A DNA stretch of 63,833 nucleotides, filler included, from Choristocarpus tenellus KU-1152 (GCA_964200185.2; 10 parts of 10 records of this genome joined end to end with filler, not necessarily neighbours in it), one strand, 5' to 3'. Positions 38,863-52,636 are shown, numbered from the whole stretch's first letter. Made by a program: numbers and translations. The notes: generated from the sequence alone by a model not told the origin.

Positions 38863-40350
38863 TCCATACAGATGCTAGTGAGGAAGGGGCTGGAGCAACA
38901 CTGACCCAGGTACAGGATGATGACCAAGAGCATGTCATAGCTTATGCTAGCCATATATGGTCTAAATCAGACAGTAGGAGAGCACCAACTGAAAGGGAAT
39001 GCATGGCTATCTTGTGGGCTGTAGAGCACTTCCGCTCCTACATTTGGGGTAGGAAATTCACCCTAGTCACTGACTGCTCCATACTGACTTGGCTCTTCAA
39101 GAGTCGTGAACTTAGCCCCAAGCTCCACAGGTCGGCCCTCCTTCTTTTGGACCATGACATGGAACTTAAGTGGCGAGCAGGTTCGAAGCACCAACTACCG
39201 GGTGGACCGTCAGGACTTTCCTCACCCACGGATCAAGGTTTGGATATCAATGATTCTTTTCCTGATGATCCGTCAGTAGCTTGTAGCAAGAACTACGCTG
39301 GACCACGAGGACCTGTCTTAGATGGCGTATGTTTGCAAGATTTAGGTACATCAGACCTAAGCCCAGGTCACCCCTCACCGTCCCCTTGCTCTCTTTATGC
39401 GTTGGTAGATTCAGAACTAGAGTATAGTCCTCGCCCACATGATGAACCGAGTCCAGGTGTAGCACAGATGTTACTTAAGGAAACAAGTGATGCCACACTC
39501 TCAGGAATACTGTCAGCCCTCCAAGACTGTCACACGGGACCTGATAATCGAGGCTTAGGCGTTAGAGGCTGGTTACCACCAGTTCCCAGGATCAAAGTCT
39601 GCCAGTGTGTATACCGCCGCCCTCTGGTTGGATGGCCCCATATGAAATACCTAGTGTAGGCCCGACACAAACCCCACAGCAACTCCCTCCCCCGCTTAAC
39701 ACCACTAACACTTTTGGTTGGCAACCTTTAGACCCTACACTCGAAGACAGGGTAGAAATAAAAGGAAAAGCAGGAGAAGAGAAGCCACCTTGCAAGAAAA
39801 GGCGCACAAGTACATCAAGGCCAAAGAACAAGAAGGGCAATAACAGAATAGTCCGAACAAGTGAGGTGGTCCAATACCATCCCACTCTCAAGAGATCAAT
39901 GGCTACTCTCTCAGACGTGCCAGAGCTAGTGGAGAGGCAGAAGAAAGACCCCTTCTAGGGCAGCATACGGGGTGTACTCGAAGGCCAAGAACACTGGAAA
40001 TCGTCACTTGAATGGGGAAAAGGGAGTATAGATGTGGAGTCATATTCCCTCGATGATAAGGAGTTACTCTGGTACACCCCTGGAAAGTATACACTTAGGC
40101 TGGCAGTTCCTCGTTTAGTAGTGTCAGACATCATAGCGCTAGTTCACCTGCAGACTAGCCACCAGGGAGTTGGACGCACATTAGCCCTAACCCGTCGATA
40201 CTTCTTTTGGCCCTCACTCCACTAAGACATGCAGGATTATGTTTTATCCTGTGGCTGTCGCAGACGGAAGAGGACGAGGAGCGCACAAGTTGGAATGCTG
40301 CCAGCCAAGTTCCTGGAACCATGGGATGTACTCGAGATGGATCTACAAGA

Positions 40351-40419
40351 GACTAAAAGTATCTGGGAGGGGGTGGCGGCTGTCCACTTGGGGTCAAATT
40401 TTTCATGTCACGATTTTTG
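40351..40419 (-). mobile_element. MITE-B fragment in gypsy integrase, at contig end
   Basis: GACTAAAAGTATCTGGGAGGGGGTGGCGGCTGTCCACTTGGGG. Confidence 0.8.
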
Positions 40420-41327
40420 NNNNNNNNNNNNNNNNNNNNNNNNNNNNNNNNNNNNNNNNNNNNTTAATTAATTAANNNNNNNNNNNNNNNNNNNNNNNNN
40501 NNNNNNNNNNNNNNNNNNNAGCGAAAACCGGGGTGTAGAATATCTTAGTAGTCAACAATTGCAGCAGGCCCTAGCTGTTTGGAAGCTATGTGAGCCAGAG
40601 TGGCTTAAGAAACGAGAAAGAAGGTGCGAGGGTTGGGCTACAAGGGCTCTGAAACCCCAAAGAAGGTATAGCCCATTTCCGGCGCTCAACGAGGAAATGT
40701 GATAGTAAAGGCTCTAACACTGTGAATCCTGTACCTGTGTATGAACGACCAGAAAGACCGTCAAAAAGCGCTCGAGATGGCAGCGGAATGTACGATGGTT
40801 TAAGTCGGAAACTGTGAGCAAATGGGAGAGAGACTTCCTAACCAAGGGCTACATCAAGGTGTCGGAGCAAGGGCGCGCGACGAGAGGCGTTTCATTCTAG
40901 GCCTTGACGAGGACATCCTTGTCGAGGTCGAAGAGTGGGTGCGCGAACACACATAGGAAGAAAGGGTGGGGAGGCTTTTTTCCCAGTGCATCGTTGCCAC
41001 TCTTGGTGACATAAATCCAGGGTTCGAACCCCAAAATTTGACCGATGTTTCTTCAAAAAAAATGAAAAAAAAATGGTGAAAAAGAAAAAAAAATGAAGCC
41101 CGTACTCTGGAGGGCGTTTTGACGGGCATCACGAATATGCTCTTATTTTTTAAATCCAGTCTATATCAAAAGTTACGACAGGACAACCCCAGAGAGCGAA
41201 ACTACTGTTGTTCATGATTGGTCAGGTGGTAGGACCAAGATGCCATAGGAAAAGGCAACCCCATGTGTTTACGTCAGGGAGAAGGATGCACTATGGTGTT
41301 GGCAGTCGCCTCTAGGATCAGACCAGC

Positions 41328-41636
41328 CTTGATTAATTTCGAGGTGATGCAAGGCGTCCCGATCAGCGATCAGCATATCAACTTAAAGCTGTGATCAAAT
41401 GCTCTCGATTGGGGCAAAGAAATGCGGTCACAAATTACTCTGTGTTAAGCTAGTAAATGCCGAAAGGTTCGTGGTTGAATTGCCAAGAAAAGATGAAAAT
41501 CGCTCAAACTCGTATCAAGATGTTTTTTTGCGGATCAGATTTCGTTGCACGCCAATCCACTGCCTATGATCTCAGCTTTAATTCGATATGCTGATCACCG
41601 AGCAACTCTCCTTACATCACCTCGAAATTAATCAAG
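41328..41636. repeat. 309-bp segment bounded by ~70-bp inverted repeats (candidate third MITE or foldback element)
   Basis: CTTGATTAATTTCGAGGTGATG...GATCAGCATATC...TTAAAGCTG.GATCA at 41328-41397 is mirrored at 41567-41636. Confidence 0.75.
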
Positions 41637-43327
41637 ATGAGCCGACATCAACGGTTTCGTTTCTGCAAACGCGAGGCTTTCGGAGCATAACCTCCGCATG
41701 CAGGTCACTACAATGTAGATTGTCCACGCAGAACTCAGCACAATGGCTGCGGAAGTCCCTCTGTTGAAGGATGTGCTGGATATCGTGGTGAGGTCTCTAC
41801 CTCCAGGCTTCAAGTTTCACAGAAGTCGAATGCTGAGGTTGGGCAGAGCGTACGCGCTGGTGATTTCCATTCGTTGAGAGGGGGACTCGCGCTTGATTGA
41901 GTGGATCAGTCGATCACGCGGAACAAGAAATCAAAGATGGATCACGACTACGACGGAGAACGTGTATTCTTGGCCAAGCTTGATGATGAGGGCTGCCTGG
42001 CTGGCTGCTGTCTGATGAGCTTTTGGGCGTAACAGTGAAGCCTTTAGGGTTACACACAAGCAGATGACACATGGAGGATCACGTCTCTTCTTCTCCCTTG
42101 AAAAAACTCGTCCTGGGAGAGGAGAAACAGCCCTCCACCAAGCCAGATACTGGACAACGGACGGACGGATATCAAAGTAACTTGATTTTCCTGAGGAAAA
42201 GCGCCCTCTCGTCCATCGCACCACAACCAACTCGAGCCTATCTAATAATGTTAGGAGTGATTCAAGGGTTACATTAAGCTTCATTTCGACGAAAAACTCG
42301 ACTCCGATCAAAAGTTAGAGCAGGACAAATTCTGTACTAGAAGCGACTGCCAACAACATGTATCTATTTTTACACCTCTAACAGCACCATCATCATTTCC
42401 TCCAGAGAAGTCAGAAATATAATGCTTTGACGTAGAGGTCTAATGGCGACGTTGGTGGAGTTTTCATTACTTTTGAGCGTGTCACCAACACAAATTCCTG
42501 TCACTACAAGAGAATCGCTAAAGAAAGCTCAAGGGCCAAGCAGAGGTAGCAGCCAGTCAAATAGGATTCAGGAAAGACAGGAAAACCATATTGTATTGAG
42601 GATTGTGCGTTGACAAGATATACAGGTTCAATTAATAACTCACAAAACTGCACAACCAAGTGCGCTTGTACTTCAGGCTACTTCACAAGAGCGACTCTTG
42701 GTTACAAAGGCTGTGGTATGGTCCCTAATGGAGTATTCATTACTTCCATCTAGCACTGCTGTGTAAAAAAAAACGATAGGTGATCTGGTGTGATGTCTTT
42801 CTCCTTGAACTAGATGAACTTGTTCCTGGAGAGGACAACCAACTATTGTGATGTACTGGTGCCATACTGAACATGTATAAGTAGTACTGGAGTATAAAGT
42901 ACTCTTGTGTTAGTTGGAGAATGCCCCCAACAACTTCGAAAGTCCCACTCCGGAATACATCCTACTGAGTACTTCTAAGAAAAAAAGAAAGGAGCAACTT
43001 CCAATTTAGGCCTCACTATATACACACACTACCTAACTCTAGAATCTCTTGCAAACAAAACATCTCTTCCCTACAAAAAAATATACAACCCAACAGAGCT
43101 TCAAACAATGACCTGGATACTACTTACCGCAAAGTCACTCATCACAAGATTTCAACGAAGAATGCACAAGTACGTGGCAAAGAATAATGGAAGTCCCACT
43201 TTTAAAATAGCCTGGCTGGAGAAAGAACACATATATATATACTCCAATCACATATCCAATACCATGCCGGAAGTCACTCATGACAAAGGCAACAAAAGAA
43301 AGGCCTGTTGTGTAATAGGAGACCCAG

Positions 43328-46090
43328 TTACTTCTTTTGAATCCTCTCCTGGGCCCGGTGTTTCTCCAAGTCCGGTTCTCCAGAGTGCACATCCCGCCAA
43401 CACCGGTGGCAGTACCACTCCACCTCTCCCCCACCCTCTTCCTCACACAAAGGGCAATGAACCTGTGCGTCCTCCAAGCACACACAACACCAGACATCTT
43501 CACTCTTCTCTCCCCCACCCCAACCCCTGCCAACCTTGCCCTCATCACAGACCTGGGAAAGATGACCAGAAGAGTTCTTGGGAGGTCTCAAGTCCGATGG
43601 CACCGTTGGGAATATCAGGCCTGGTGGTAACCCTGACACTGAACTAGGCACCTCCTCAGGTGACTCCTTCTCCTGCCCAACCTGCGCAGGCATGCTTCCA
43701 CAAGAGTCAACTCTGTATGTCCTCATGTCATTTTCCCTGTCCTCCCCTGTCCCCCTCCTGTCACCCCCATTTTGACTTATCAACCCTGGTCCATCCACAC
43801 CGAGCCGGACTTCATCCATGGCCTGCTGTATGATGAGCATGATATCTTTTTGGTTCTTGACATCCTTGTCACCTCTGCTGGCACCACCAAGACCACTGCT
43901 GTCATCAGTACGAGCGCCCTTCAAGGTTTCAGGGTAGGAGTTGCTGTATGTTTCATCAAGGAGGCGTACCTCATCTATGGCCTGGAAAAAGGAGAATGTG
44001 GTGGGTGGGTGAAAATGGTGGTGGGTTGCATTGTGTTGTTGACTTAAGAATTTGGAAGTATGAGGTGTGTGAGATGAAGTTGGACACGGTGGGGCAACCA
44101 GTACATCAAAGAGTGGAAGATAAAGAAGGCACCTACCAGCTCATGTTTTGGCTCAGGACAAATAAATCACCTCAGCACCAGACGCTTCAATGTGCCTACA
44201 GAGAGCTCCTTCATAGCTGGCACTTTTCTTCCATTGAGTGGCACTGACTAAGAACACTCATGCTATTGACACAGGAAATACACAGATAATCCTCAGAAAT
44301 CCAGACAAATAACCTCAATACCTGCCAAAGAATGGCAGGGAGGAGTTTCCCAGTCACTTAAGACATCTACTGCATGAAGTTGGTGCAAAATAGAACCAGA
44401 TGTAGCACACACATATCTAACAACTTTGGAGGTCCTGACTGCCATCAGTTTGTTTGATATGATTGTCTAGGGGGGTGTATGAGGCATATGAGTGCAGGAG
44501 GTGGTACTTGTGAGACCTGAACTGTTACAAGGTCACCAATACCAAATAGGTAGAATCTATCCAAGATGGGTCATCTACAGCTGGCCAGTAGCAGCAAGAA
44601 AATTTAGAAAGGGCCTACAACAGAGGCGTAAGTACTAGAGACAACAATACAATTCACCACTATAGACTAAGCTCCAGTAACACAGTATTACCTGCCACTC
44701 CTGCAATACAGCATTTGTCAGCTTTAGGGGGGCAAAAACATAAGCATATTACTGCTGTCGATCACTTCATGGAAAGTAGATAACCCCTCGCAAAGCCACA
44801 CTCTACTAAATACTCTATCTCTCTTCACACACCCTACGTATTTCTAGAGTGCTGTCAATGCTACCACTGCCAAGGGTCCTCACACTGCAGTGCCTCATGA
44901 TATCTTCTCCATCCCATTATAATCATCACATGTTCAACAAGACACAATTTGATAGCTCCCTGAAACTACGCACCATTTGCATCAAAATATCTTCTTCGGT
45001 AGTGCTGCCTCTGAACCCTGACACAGTTACCCCTGCCATTCCCACTTCAGAGGATGTTGGAACCATACCTATACCTATGTTCGCCCCCCCTCCTGTAACT
45101 CCCGTCTCCCCCAAAAAGGCCTCAACAGTCCGTTGTGGATCAAACGATGCCCCCTCCAGCTTTGACACTGCTGCCTCGTTCAGTGTTGTTTCCGAGGAGA
45201 GAACTTCCAACTCAGCAAGGCGCCTACGAATGTCACTCTTAGTCTTAGAGTCCCCCGCACCTCTGTCTTCATCTGGGCCGAAGTTGTGGGTAATACTTGC
45301 AGCGATCTCCGGTCTGGGATCTTCATCAAGTTCTTCTGCAAAAGACTCCTCATCGAGAGACAAACAACTGTCGATAAACTCCTAGAGCATTGGGGCAAGG
45401 ATATCCGGCCTTTCTCGTGATTAATGGAGGTTCGTGCGAGAGTCAAACGCGTTGTGGATGCTACAAATTGACGCATAGAACATTTTGAGGAGGATAACAA
45501 GTACTTGAGCGCTTCTTGTGCAAGCTGTCGTGAAATGTAACACTTAGATTCATCAGGGTAGGCGGGGAGAATAGTAGCTCGATGCGCCCATGAGCTTGAG
45601 GGTGTTGAATATCGTTCATGCAACAGCAAGGCAGCGAGACAAGGCAGTTGGGAAGTAGGAAGTACTACTTCACTGCTCCAGCTTTCAGTACCTTTGGCAC
45701 CCCGTACGAAGGGCTCCTGCTGTCGGTGTTCTTGTCCTTAGCCATCAACTTCTTCAATCGGTCATCAAGCACAGATGCTGAAGAGGCGAGAGCGCTGCTT
45801 CCACTCAAGGCCTTAAGCCTATTGCTCAGGTTACCCCCTGCCAGAGGCTTGAGGTGAATATGGACAGGGACACACATGACAATGGATTTGCATTATGTAT
45901 ACACGATGGCGTGAGGGATTAGATTACTTTTTCATGTAGTCAAATATGGACTTCGCACCTGACTACATCCATTCAGTTTTTCCAGTCTCTCTTGCAGTTT
46001 CCTGGTGTTCCCCTGCACCCCCATTGTTGATGCATTAGCATTTTGACCAAATACCTTCAAATATTTCTCATTCAGATCAGAGTTTCCCAT
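43328..46090 (-). CDS. ZFYVE19/ANCHR-like protein (~449 aa) with C-terminal B-box-like zinc finger; no FYVE domain seen
   Basis: Four phase-0 exons: 46090-45959, 45847-45692, 45381-44974, 43981-43328 (1350 nt). Repeated LQERLEKL/LSNRLKAL/IRRRLAEL and IIQQAMDEVRL motifs, and a terminal WCCVCLEDAQVHCPLC...YCHRCWRDVH matching the ZFYVE19 C-terminal pattern WCCICxEDAxxxCxxC...CxxC..H. Confidence 0.75.
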
Positions 46091-46825
46091 GCGTGATCTG
46101 CAGACCAAGAGTTTATGGCAGTTCGAGATTCTGGGAACACCTCAAGGTTGTGGAGGTTATTAGAATACTACAGCAAAAAATTCGACACCAGCTCAAGTAT
46201 ATCCAGAGACAATGCTTCTGAAGGGTCACCTGATACCTGTCTGTGGAGTAACATAGAACTACTAAACTGAGAATGATGTAGGTGTTGTGGTTTGAGTTTG
46301 CGTGTAATGAGTGGTCAAAAGGGGGTATACCTTCACAATATCATTCTATTCATTATGTAAATCGTGTGATTCTGTGGCGGCGTGGTTCACTCAGGCAAGG
46401 GTGGTGAAGAGAATCACCGGGAAAGACGGACCAGACGAATAAAGACGAACCGTAACCGAAAGTACGAGGTTAAGGTTTGACAAGTCATAACATGAGAACA
46501 AAGTGGATCTTCCATGTGTGACAACTCTGAATGACGAGCTGTCCCAAGTCTATGGGATTGGTCACATGAAGAGATTCCATGGTTTCATTCTGACGGAAAG
46601 TCTGTCCGTGAAATCATGGACGCTTGACTGGGAACCTCAATTGGTACAATGATATAACGGTATATGGCATACGGCAATAGCGGTATAACAATAGACAAAC
46701 ATGCTTACCACAATTAGGGGAATATNNNNNNNNNNNNNNNNNNNNNNNNNNNNNNNNNNNNNNNNNNNNTTAATTAATTAANNNNNNNNNNNNNNNNNNN
46801 NNNNNNNNNNNNNNNNNNNNNNNNN

Positions 46826-49800
46826 GGACCGCTACCTACAAGGTGGAGTTTATGCCCCTATCCATGACCTCAGGCGAGGGTGCAGAGGAAAAGAGGGATG
46901 CAGGGTCTCCAGACTTTCGTCCAAGACTCTTGCAGGGCAGTCTTTTTTTTGCCCTTCCAGATGGTGGGGCTATACTGTATAACTTGGAGGGTGTGGCAAC
47001 TGCACCTGAGGCGGCTTCCGTGATGACTCTCGATACACCGGCTAAGACAGCCATGTCCTTCACAGTGCCTATCGAAAATTGGTTGCGCCGTACACAGAGG
47101 TTTGTAGTGTCCATATTTTGGTATATCCACCATAGTCAACGCCCCCCTCATATGACACCCTGTTCTTTGTACGCAAGTTAGAGCGTTAGAACTTTCTTGT
47201 CTGCCCTGTTTGGAGTGGGTTGCCAGGGAAGATCGACTTAATTATATATATTAATCCATAGTGCACTTATTTAGCCATGTTGTTTACATAAGTTCAGACA
47301 AGTTTTTTCCTTTGCACTTTGAAAACATTCTGTCAAGCCCTGCGCAATATGACCCAAACTCCACTGGATATCATCCGGATTTTGACAACGAAAACTTGCA
47401 CTTCGGCACACTTTTGATGTAGTCACTGAGGGAATTGATACAGCTATAACTCATTCATGGACCCCACCTCCTGGATACCTTGTATTTGCATAATTGCTAA
47501 CCTTAGGCTACAAAATTGACGCTCCACGTAACAGGTTTACAATGAAAGTAACCCTTGAGGAGGGTACGCACCTCTCCACGCAATTAACAGGTGCCAAGAC
47601 TGTTGAGGTGGGTTTCCAAATTCCTTCAGGTGTCTCGTCACCTTAAACTATCCTTTGTGTTCTAAATATCCTCTCTCTGAGATAGGCCATTATGATAAGC
47701 TCAGGGAAAAAGCTTGTTCGTTTTCTATATTCAATAACAGCATATCCCCCCAAAACGGGGACTTTACAAAATGCGCTCAGGGATTTATCACAAAACGTTT
47801 CTCATTCACTCGTACACCTACACATTACAACTCCTCCACACCCTCACCCCCCATCTTGGGCAGGTTCCCCCAATGGCCACCAGGGACTTTGCTCTGCGCT
47901 TTCTCGCATATAAGGAGAGCACTACATCAGCTCGTGTGACCTTCACCAATGACCAAACAGGCGAATATCTATTCCATGAGCTTATCCTCGAGGCCACAGC
48001 ACCTGCCACACAGGCAAGCAGAACGTTAAAGAACTTTACGAGCAGGTGGACTTGAGTGTACATCAAATCCGACCCCTGAAGACACCCACACTTACACCTC
48101 CATAGAGTGTACTCTCAATGACATGATCTCACATGTGCCTTTGGTTTTCTTTAGACTACCCAACCAGTCTGTAAGGCAAAGATATTTATTGGAGGTGTAA
48201 ACCATGGCCTCAGAAGCCAAGTCAGGTAGTACCATGAACGAACATTTAAATATCCAAAAGCTCTCGACTGAACACTTCATTCCTCGTGCCCCAACTCACC
48301 AAGAAGTACAGGGGAAGAATTTAGTAGGTACAAAGTAGTCCAAACAATATCCTAAGCACATACAGCACGCTCAAAGAAACCTACATTCTGACCTTTATCT
48401 CTTTCCCCTTTTATACATACCGGCAAAAACAAATCCTTAAAGGAAACAATAGATTTGGAAGGGTCCGTCAGGAGTGTGACCCGGCATCTTATCACTGTGG
48501 CTAATCCTCTCCCTCCAACAGCAGCCATCACATTCCCCAATGATGGGACTGATGGGAAAGGTTGGTGGAGTTGTGGGTCGCCCCATGTAAACCTCACCAG
48601 GGTAGGAGAGATGTCCGGGAATCTGGAAGGTGTGTTTGCTCTCGAGTACAGACCACTCCTGCCTACAGAGCCAGGACCAGAGGAAACGGAAATCAGGATT
48701 AACATAGAAGAGCTGGGCATGTACAGGTTTGTTTTGAGTCCTAGATCAAAATCAGTTTCTCAATCCCAGCAAATCACCTAATTCCAAATTATTGGGATCG
48801 CTCAGCTTCCAATTGGCCCCACATTTACTACTGTACACTTATTGCAATCCCATTTCTATCACCGTCACAATATATACATCGTATGTGGTATGTTATTCTT
48901 GGATGACTGCATGATTGCAACGAAGCACAGAGAAATTTTTTGGTTGGTGGGTAGTGCAGATGGGGCACCTGGGACCAAATGATTATCCCATCACTTATAC
49001 ACTGTTGGGGTGTAGTAGCCATTGGTGTATTCAGGTACTGTTGTCTCACAGAACCTGTTGCACATGCAACACATGACCACACGTAACATACAACAGGTAT
49101 ACCCTGCGACTCACAGCCAAAGTGTCGGCCACAAGATCCTCTCTTCGATTTGAGTCTGCCCTTGGTGCAACACAGGCTGAGGCATTCACAATGAGAGTAT
49201 TCAATGCAGTAGAGGAGGCACAATTTGACTGCAGGACAGAGAGTGGCCAGAGTACTCACTTCAGAGTACCTGACAAGGTATGAGGATCGCAATATATCAC
49301 ATAGATATAACTATGTATCCACACTTATCTTGTAATGAGATTACTTTATCTCATAGCTTTTTGGAGGAAACTGTGACATGAACTAAAGTAACAAAATCAA
49401 GATACAGGCTATAAATGTTTTCTAAGAAGCCATTTTTTTGTGTCTACATTCCATGGCATTTATCTTCAAGCTTCAGGTAGTTTCATGTTGACTCAGTTGA
49501 TGTGCTAATCCCAAGCATTCTTCAGGACAGTGCAGTCAAACAAACATGCTGTAAGCAAATATTGCTGACTTCTCGCCCTTGTCACCCTGCAGAGGTCATT
49601 GATTCAGACTTCAGCAATTCCTGAGCACTCTTTTTAACATGCTATGAGTCTCACCAATTTCTCCTCCAGTACAAAACTTGAATAAGGTCCAATTTTTGTT
49701 TGGTTTTTCCCATTCTTGCATATTATGTGCTCTGTATTGTTGGCGCACCTACCAGAAAGCTTTATCATAGCTCACAAGTTGCCTATGGTATTGTGCATCT

Positions 49801-50036
49801 TCTCCTCTCCACATTTCCTACTTTTGACATGTTTCTTTTGTGGGGGTTTTGGGTGTGCTTCGTATCAGGTCAAGGCAGAGGCCTGCGGCAATTGGGAAGG
49901 TCAGGATGTACGCGTGGAGGTAATTTTCGAGCCAGAACGCCCAGGCGATGTGGAAGATACCCTTGTCATCTCCTCCCCTCTCCATGGGGAATATCGCTGC
50001 TCACTCAGGGGGCTTTGCTGTCCTCCCCTGCCACAG
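46826..50036 (+). CDS. HYDIN: HYDIN axonemal central-pair protein, C-terminal region (partial)
   Basis: Exons 46826-47099 (QGSLFFALPDGGAILYNLEG...ENWLRRTQR), 47535-47607, 47864-48013 (VTFTNDQTGEYLFHEL; GC donor), 48443-48726 (LITVANPL...FALEYRPLLP) and 49869-50036 (VEVIFEP...GEYRCSLRGLCCPPLPQ). These match the HYDIN C-terminal motifs in order. One expected intervening exon was not found intact. Confidence 0.88.
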
Positions 50037-50796
50037 GTTTGTGGCACAGCATAGTTTCCCCCCAAAGATGAAATTCTTGAAAACCAAGTTCAAGTGAACA
50101 CAAGCTATGTGTAATCGTAAGAAGATATGGATTGGTAGAACACATTCAATCCATTGGGATCACATGGATAAGACGAGGACTGAGAGGAAAGGTTGATCTA
50201 GTGACTCCAATCCTAAAGACTCAAAAAAATAATGCAAGATATAAAAAGCAGCAGTCAGTGAATTTGATCAATTTTCCTAGCCCAATGCTAAAATCAGAAC
50301 ACTAAAAACAATAGAAGATTGAGGGCGTATGGGGCATTGTAGGGGAAATGCATATTGGCTTGATGTGAAATCTAGGGTATTCTGTTACTCTCACCCTCTA
50401 GTATTTCCAATCTTCACATTACCTCATAGGGTGGCTATTCGATATCAATTTCCCCCAAAAGATACAGCTCGTCTCCAGAATAACAAAATCGCATTGAGTT
50501 TCTGCCTTGGATTACAAAATAGATAGGCTTCTTCTTCTCCTATACCATGCAAGGATGTTCGATAAATTAGTTTTTCTCACATATCTGCAAACACACCACA
50601 AAAACAATGAAACAAGAGTTGGCCAAATATGTAATAGTCACTGGGTGGTGAGTTGGGATAGGATTGATAGTGATCTGCATCAGAAACATCATCGGATGGC
50701 ATTAATTGTTCTGAAATGCAAAAAATAAAAAGAATATTCATATTTGCAGCAAATTTCTGATTTTCAGCAATAGTTGTCAATTGTGCTCCGAGGTTT

Positions 50797-50832
50797 GACC
50801 CAAAGTATCTTGGGGGGGGGGGGGGGGGGGGG
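50797..50832 (+). mobile_element. MITE-B terminus near contig end
   Basis: GACCCAAAGTATCTT followed by poly-G. Confidence 0.7.
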
Positions 50833-52636
50833 AAAAAGAAAGAAAATAAAANNNNNNNNNNNNNNNNNNNNNNNNNNNNNNNNNNNNNNNNNNNNTTAAT
50901 TAATTAANNNNNNNNNNNNNNNNNNNNNNNNNNNNNNNNNNNNNNNNNNNNGGAGGGGGGTTAGGGGGGGGGGGGTGAGGGGTTGGGGGGGGAGGGAAGA
51001 GGAAAGATTTTTTGAAGGACGTTTGCATTCGCTGACAGTGTTTGCAGTGTTTGTCCAAGTAGTAGTTTGGTATCTGTTTATTGTCTTCTTGTCTTTGACG
51101 TACACTAGAACCCTCCCTCCGTCAACTGATGGCATTGACTTTTGAGCTCAATGGTGTTGGTTGGTGGGTAGTGACACGACCATGGATCAGTTGTAGTGCA
51201 ATATCAGTTGTGCATCCGTTTACCCACAGAGCATTTTGTTGGACTGCTAAATATCGCGTGGTGCTCCATTTTAGAATCAGTCCCGATCTTTCTTTGTTTT
51301 TTTGCACCTACTGCTACCGTAGCTAGGTACCCCTCCCTTCGTAACACCCATGTTCTATCTTCGTATTCCTAGTGTATGATACTTCCGGCGCTTGATACGT
51401 TGCCGAATTACATTTTCTTTTTTGTCACAATATATTCCACTAGTACATAATATTTATACGAATGAATGAATGAACTCCTAGTTTGCTCGCTCTGAGGCTG
51501 CATAGCCTATTGGTCCCGTGTTGTGTGCATGGGAGACGATCATTCAAGAAGACCTTCAAGGTGTCAGGTTTGTGTTGTAGTGTGATACAACTGCTGCATG
51601 TGAAGGACTCTTCAACTTATCTAATCCACTCTCTTGTATTCTTGGTCAGAAATAGTTAGGCCACATTTCTTGGTTGCTGTCAGTCCTGTTCCTGTCTCGT
51701 GGAGAACGTTTCACTCCAGAAGTTCAATCTTACGTATCCACCCAGGTTGACTGTTCCATCCCCACAGAAAATTGTACTACTTGCCTCATTGAGATACTGC
51801 TGTAGGAACCTTTTCTCCATGACTTGTAGAAGAAATTGTCCTCTTGTTTGATGTATCATCACTGTGTTGTGTGAAATGCCAAGGGGGGTCCTGTCTAGTT
51901 TTTTGCACCCTTGTCTCCTATTGGGGGGAATGCAGTTCTACTGGAAGATGGAGCTGTCTAGCTAGACAGATATGTTGGAAGTTGGAGTGGAAGCCTGGCG
52001 GTCTGGATTGTACACTGGGTAAGGTGCTGGCTGCTATATTGGCTGAGGTTTGTTTGCGTGACAATGCTGGTGTTGAGTATCATGCAGTGACAAACAATCC
52101 AGGAAGACTGTCGTTTGTATGCGATACGTATTGTGAAGTGGTGGATCGTATTGTTCTTTACTTTAGGCTGGGGACTATCCCAGTCCATAGCCAGAGGCAC
52201 TAATCACTGCACTGCTTACTTCTCCTTCTACCTACAGCAATTATCTATTGCACGGAAGCTAATTGGACTGCCTCCGTTTGTACTTGGCTTCTCCTGCGTT
52301 GGGTTTGGATGTTCTAGTGCTTGTCGCTCTGCCTTACTCCTTCATAACTTGTGTTAGACTTGCCTCGGCATTGCATTGCAATGGGGGACCTTCTCACCTC
52401 ATTCGTGGTCTAATGTTCTTGTGGTATTATAGTAACATACACACATTATTGTAGTGCTTGCCATGTGAGCTTTTGGAAAATTAAATGAGATTTCCCTCAA
52501 AAGAAGTAAAAAATCTGATGGCAATGGAGGGTTTGTAAACGCAAACTTAATGTCGGGAACATCCTCCATTTGACCACGAAGGAGTCAGAACAGTGATCAT
52601 TATCTTTGGAAAATATTTGATTTGTTTTTGTCCTTT

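Larger units (their letters stand above)
35984..40350 (+). mobile_element. Decayed Ty3/gypsy LTR-retrotransposon pol (protease-RT-RNase H-integrase)
   Basis: Motifs VPYGMVLG (protease end), PYAAKQRRFS, VRKKDGTLRLCTDHRMLN, YFTTIDLASG, WRDDL, LRSFLGMTGY, LHTDAS..GAGATL, FTLVTDCS and HQGVGRT...FFWP. The order PR-RT-RH-INT is gypsy. Many stops and frameshifts, two MITE-A insertions and a MITE-B at the contig end. Confidence 0.92.

Noticed and set aside
50952-52480. Short overlapping ORFs
   Set aside because: No recognisable domain or consistent splice pattern.
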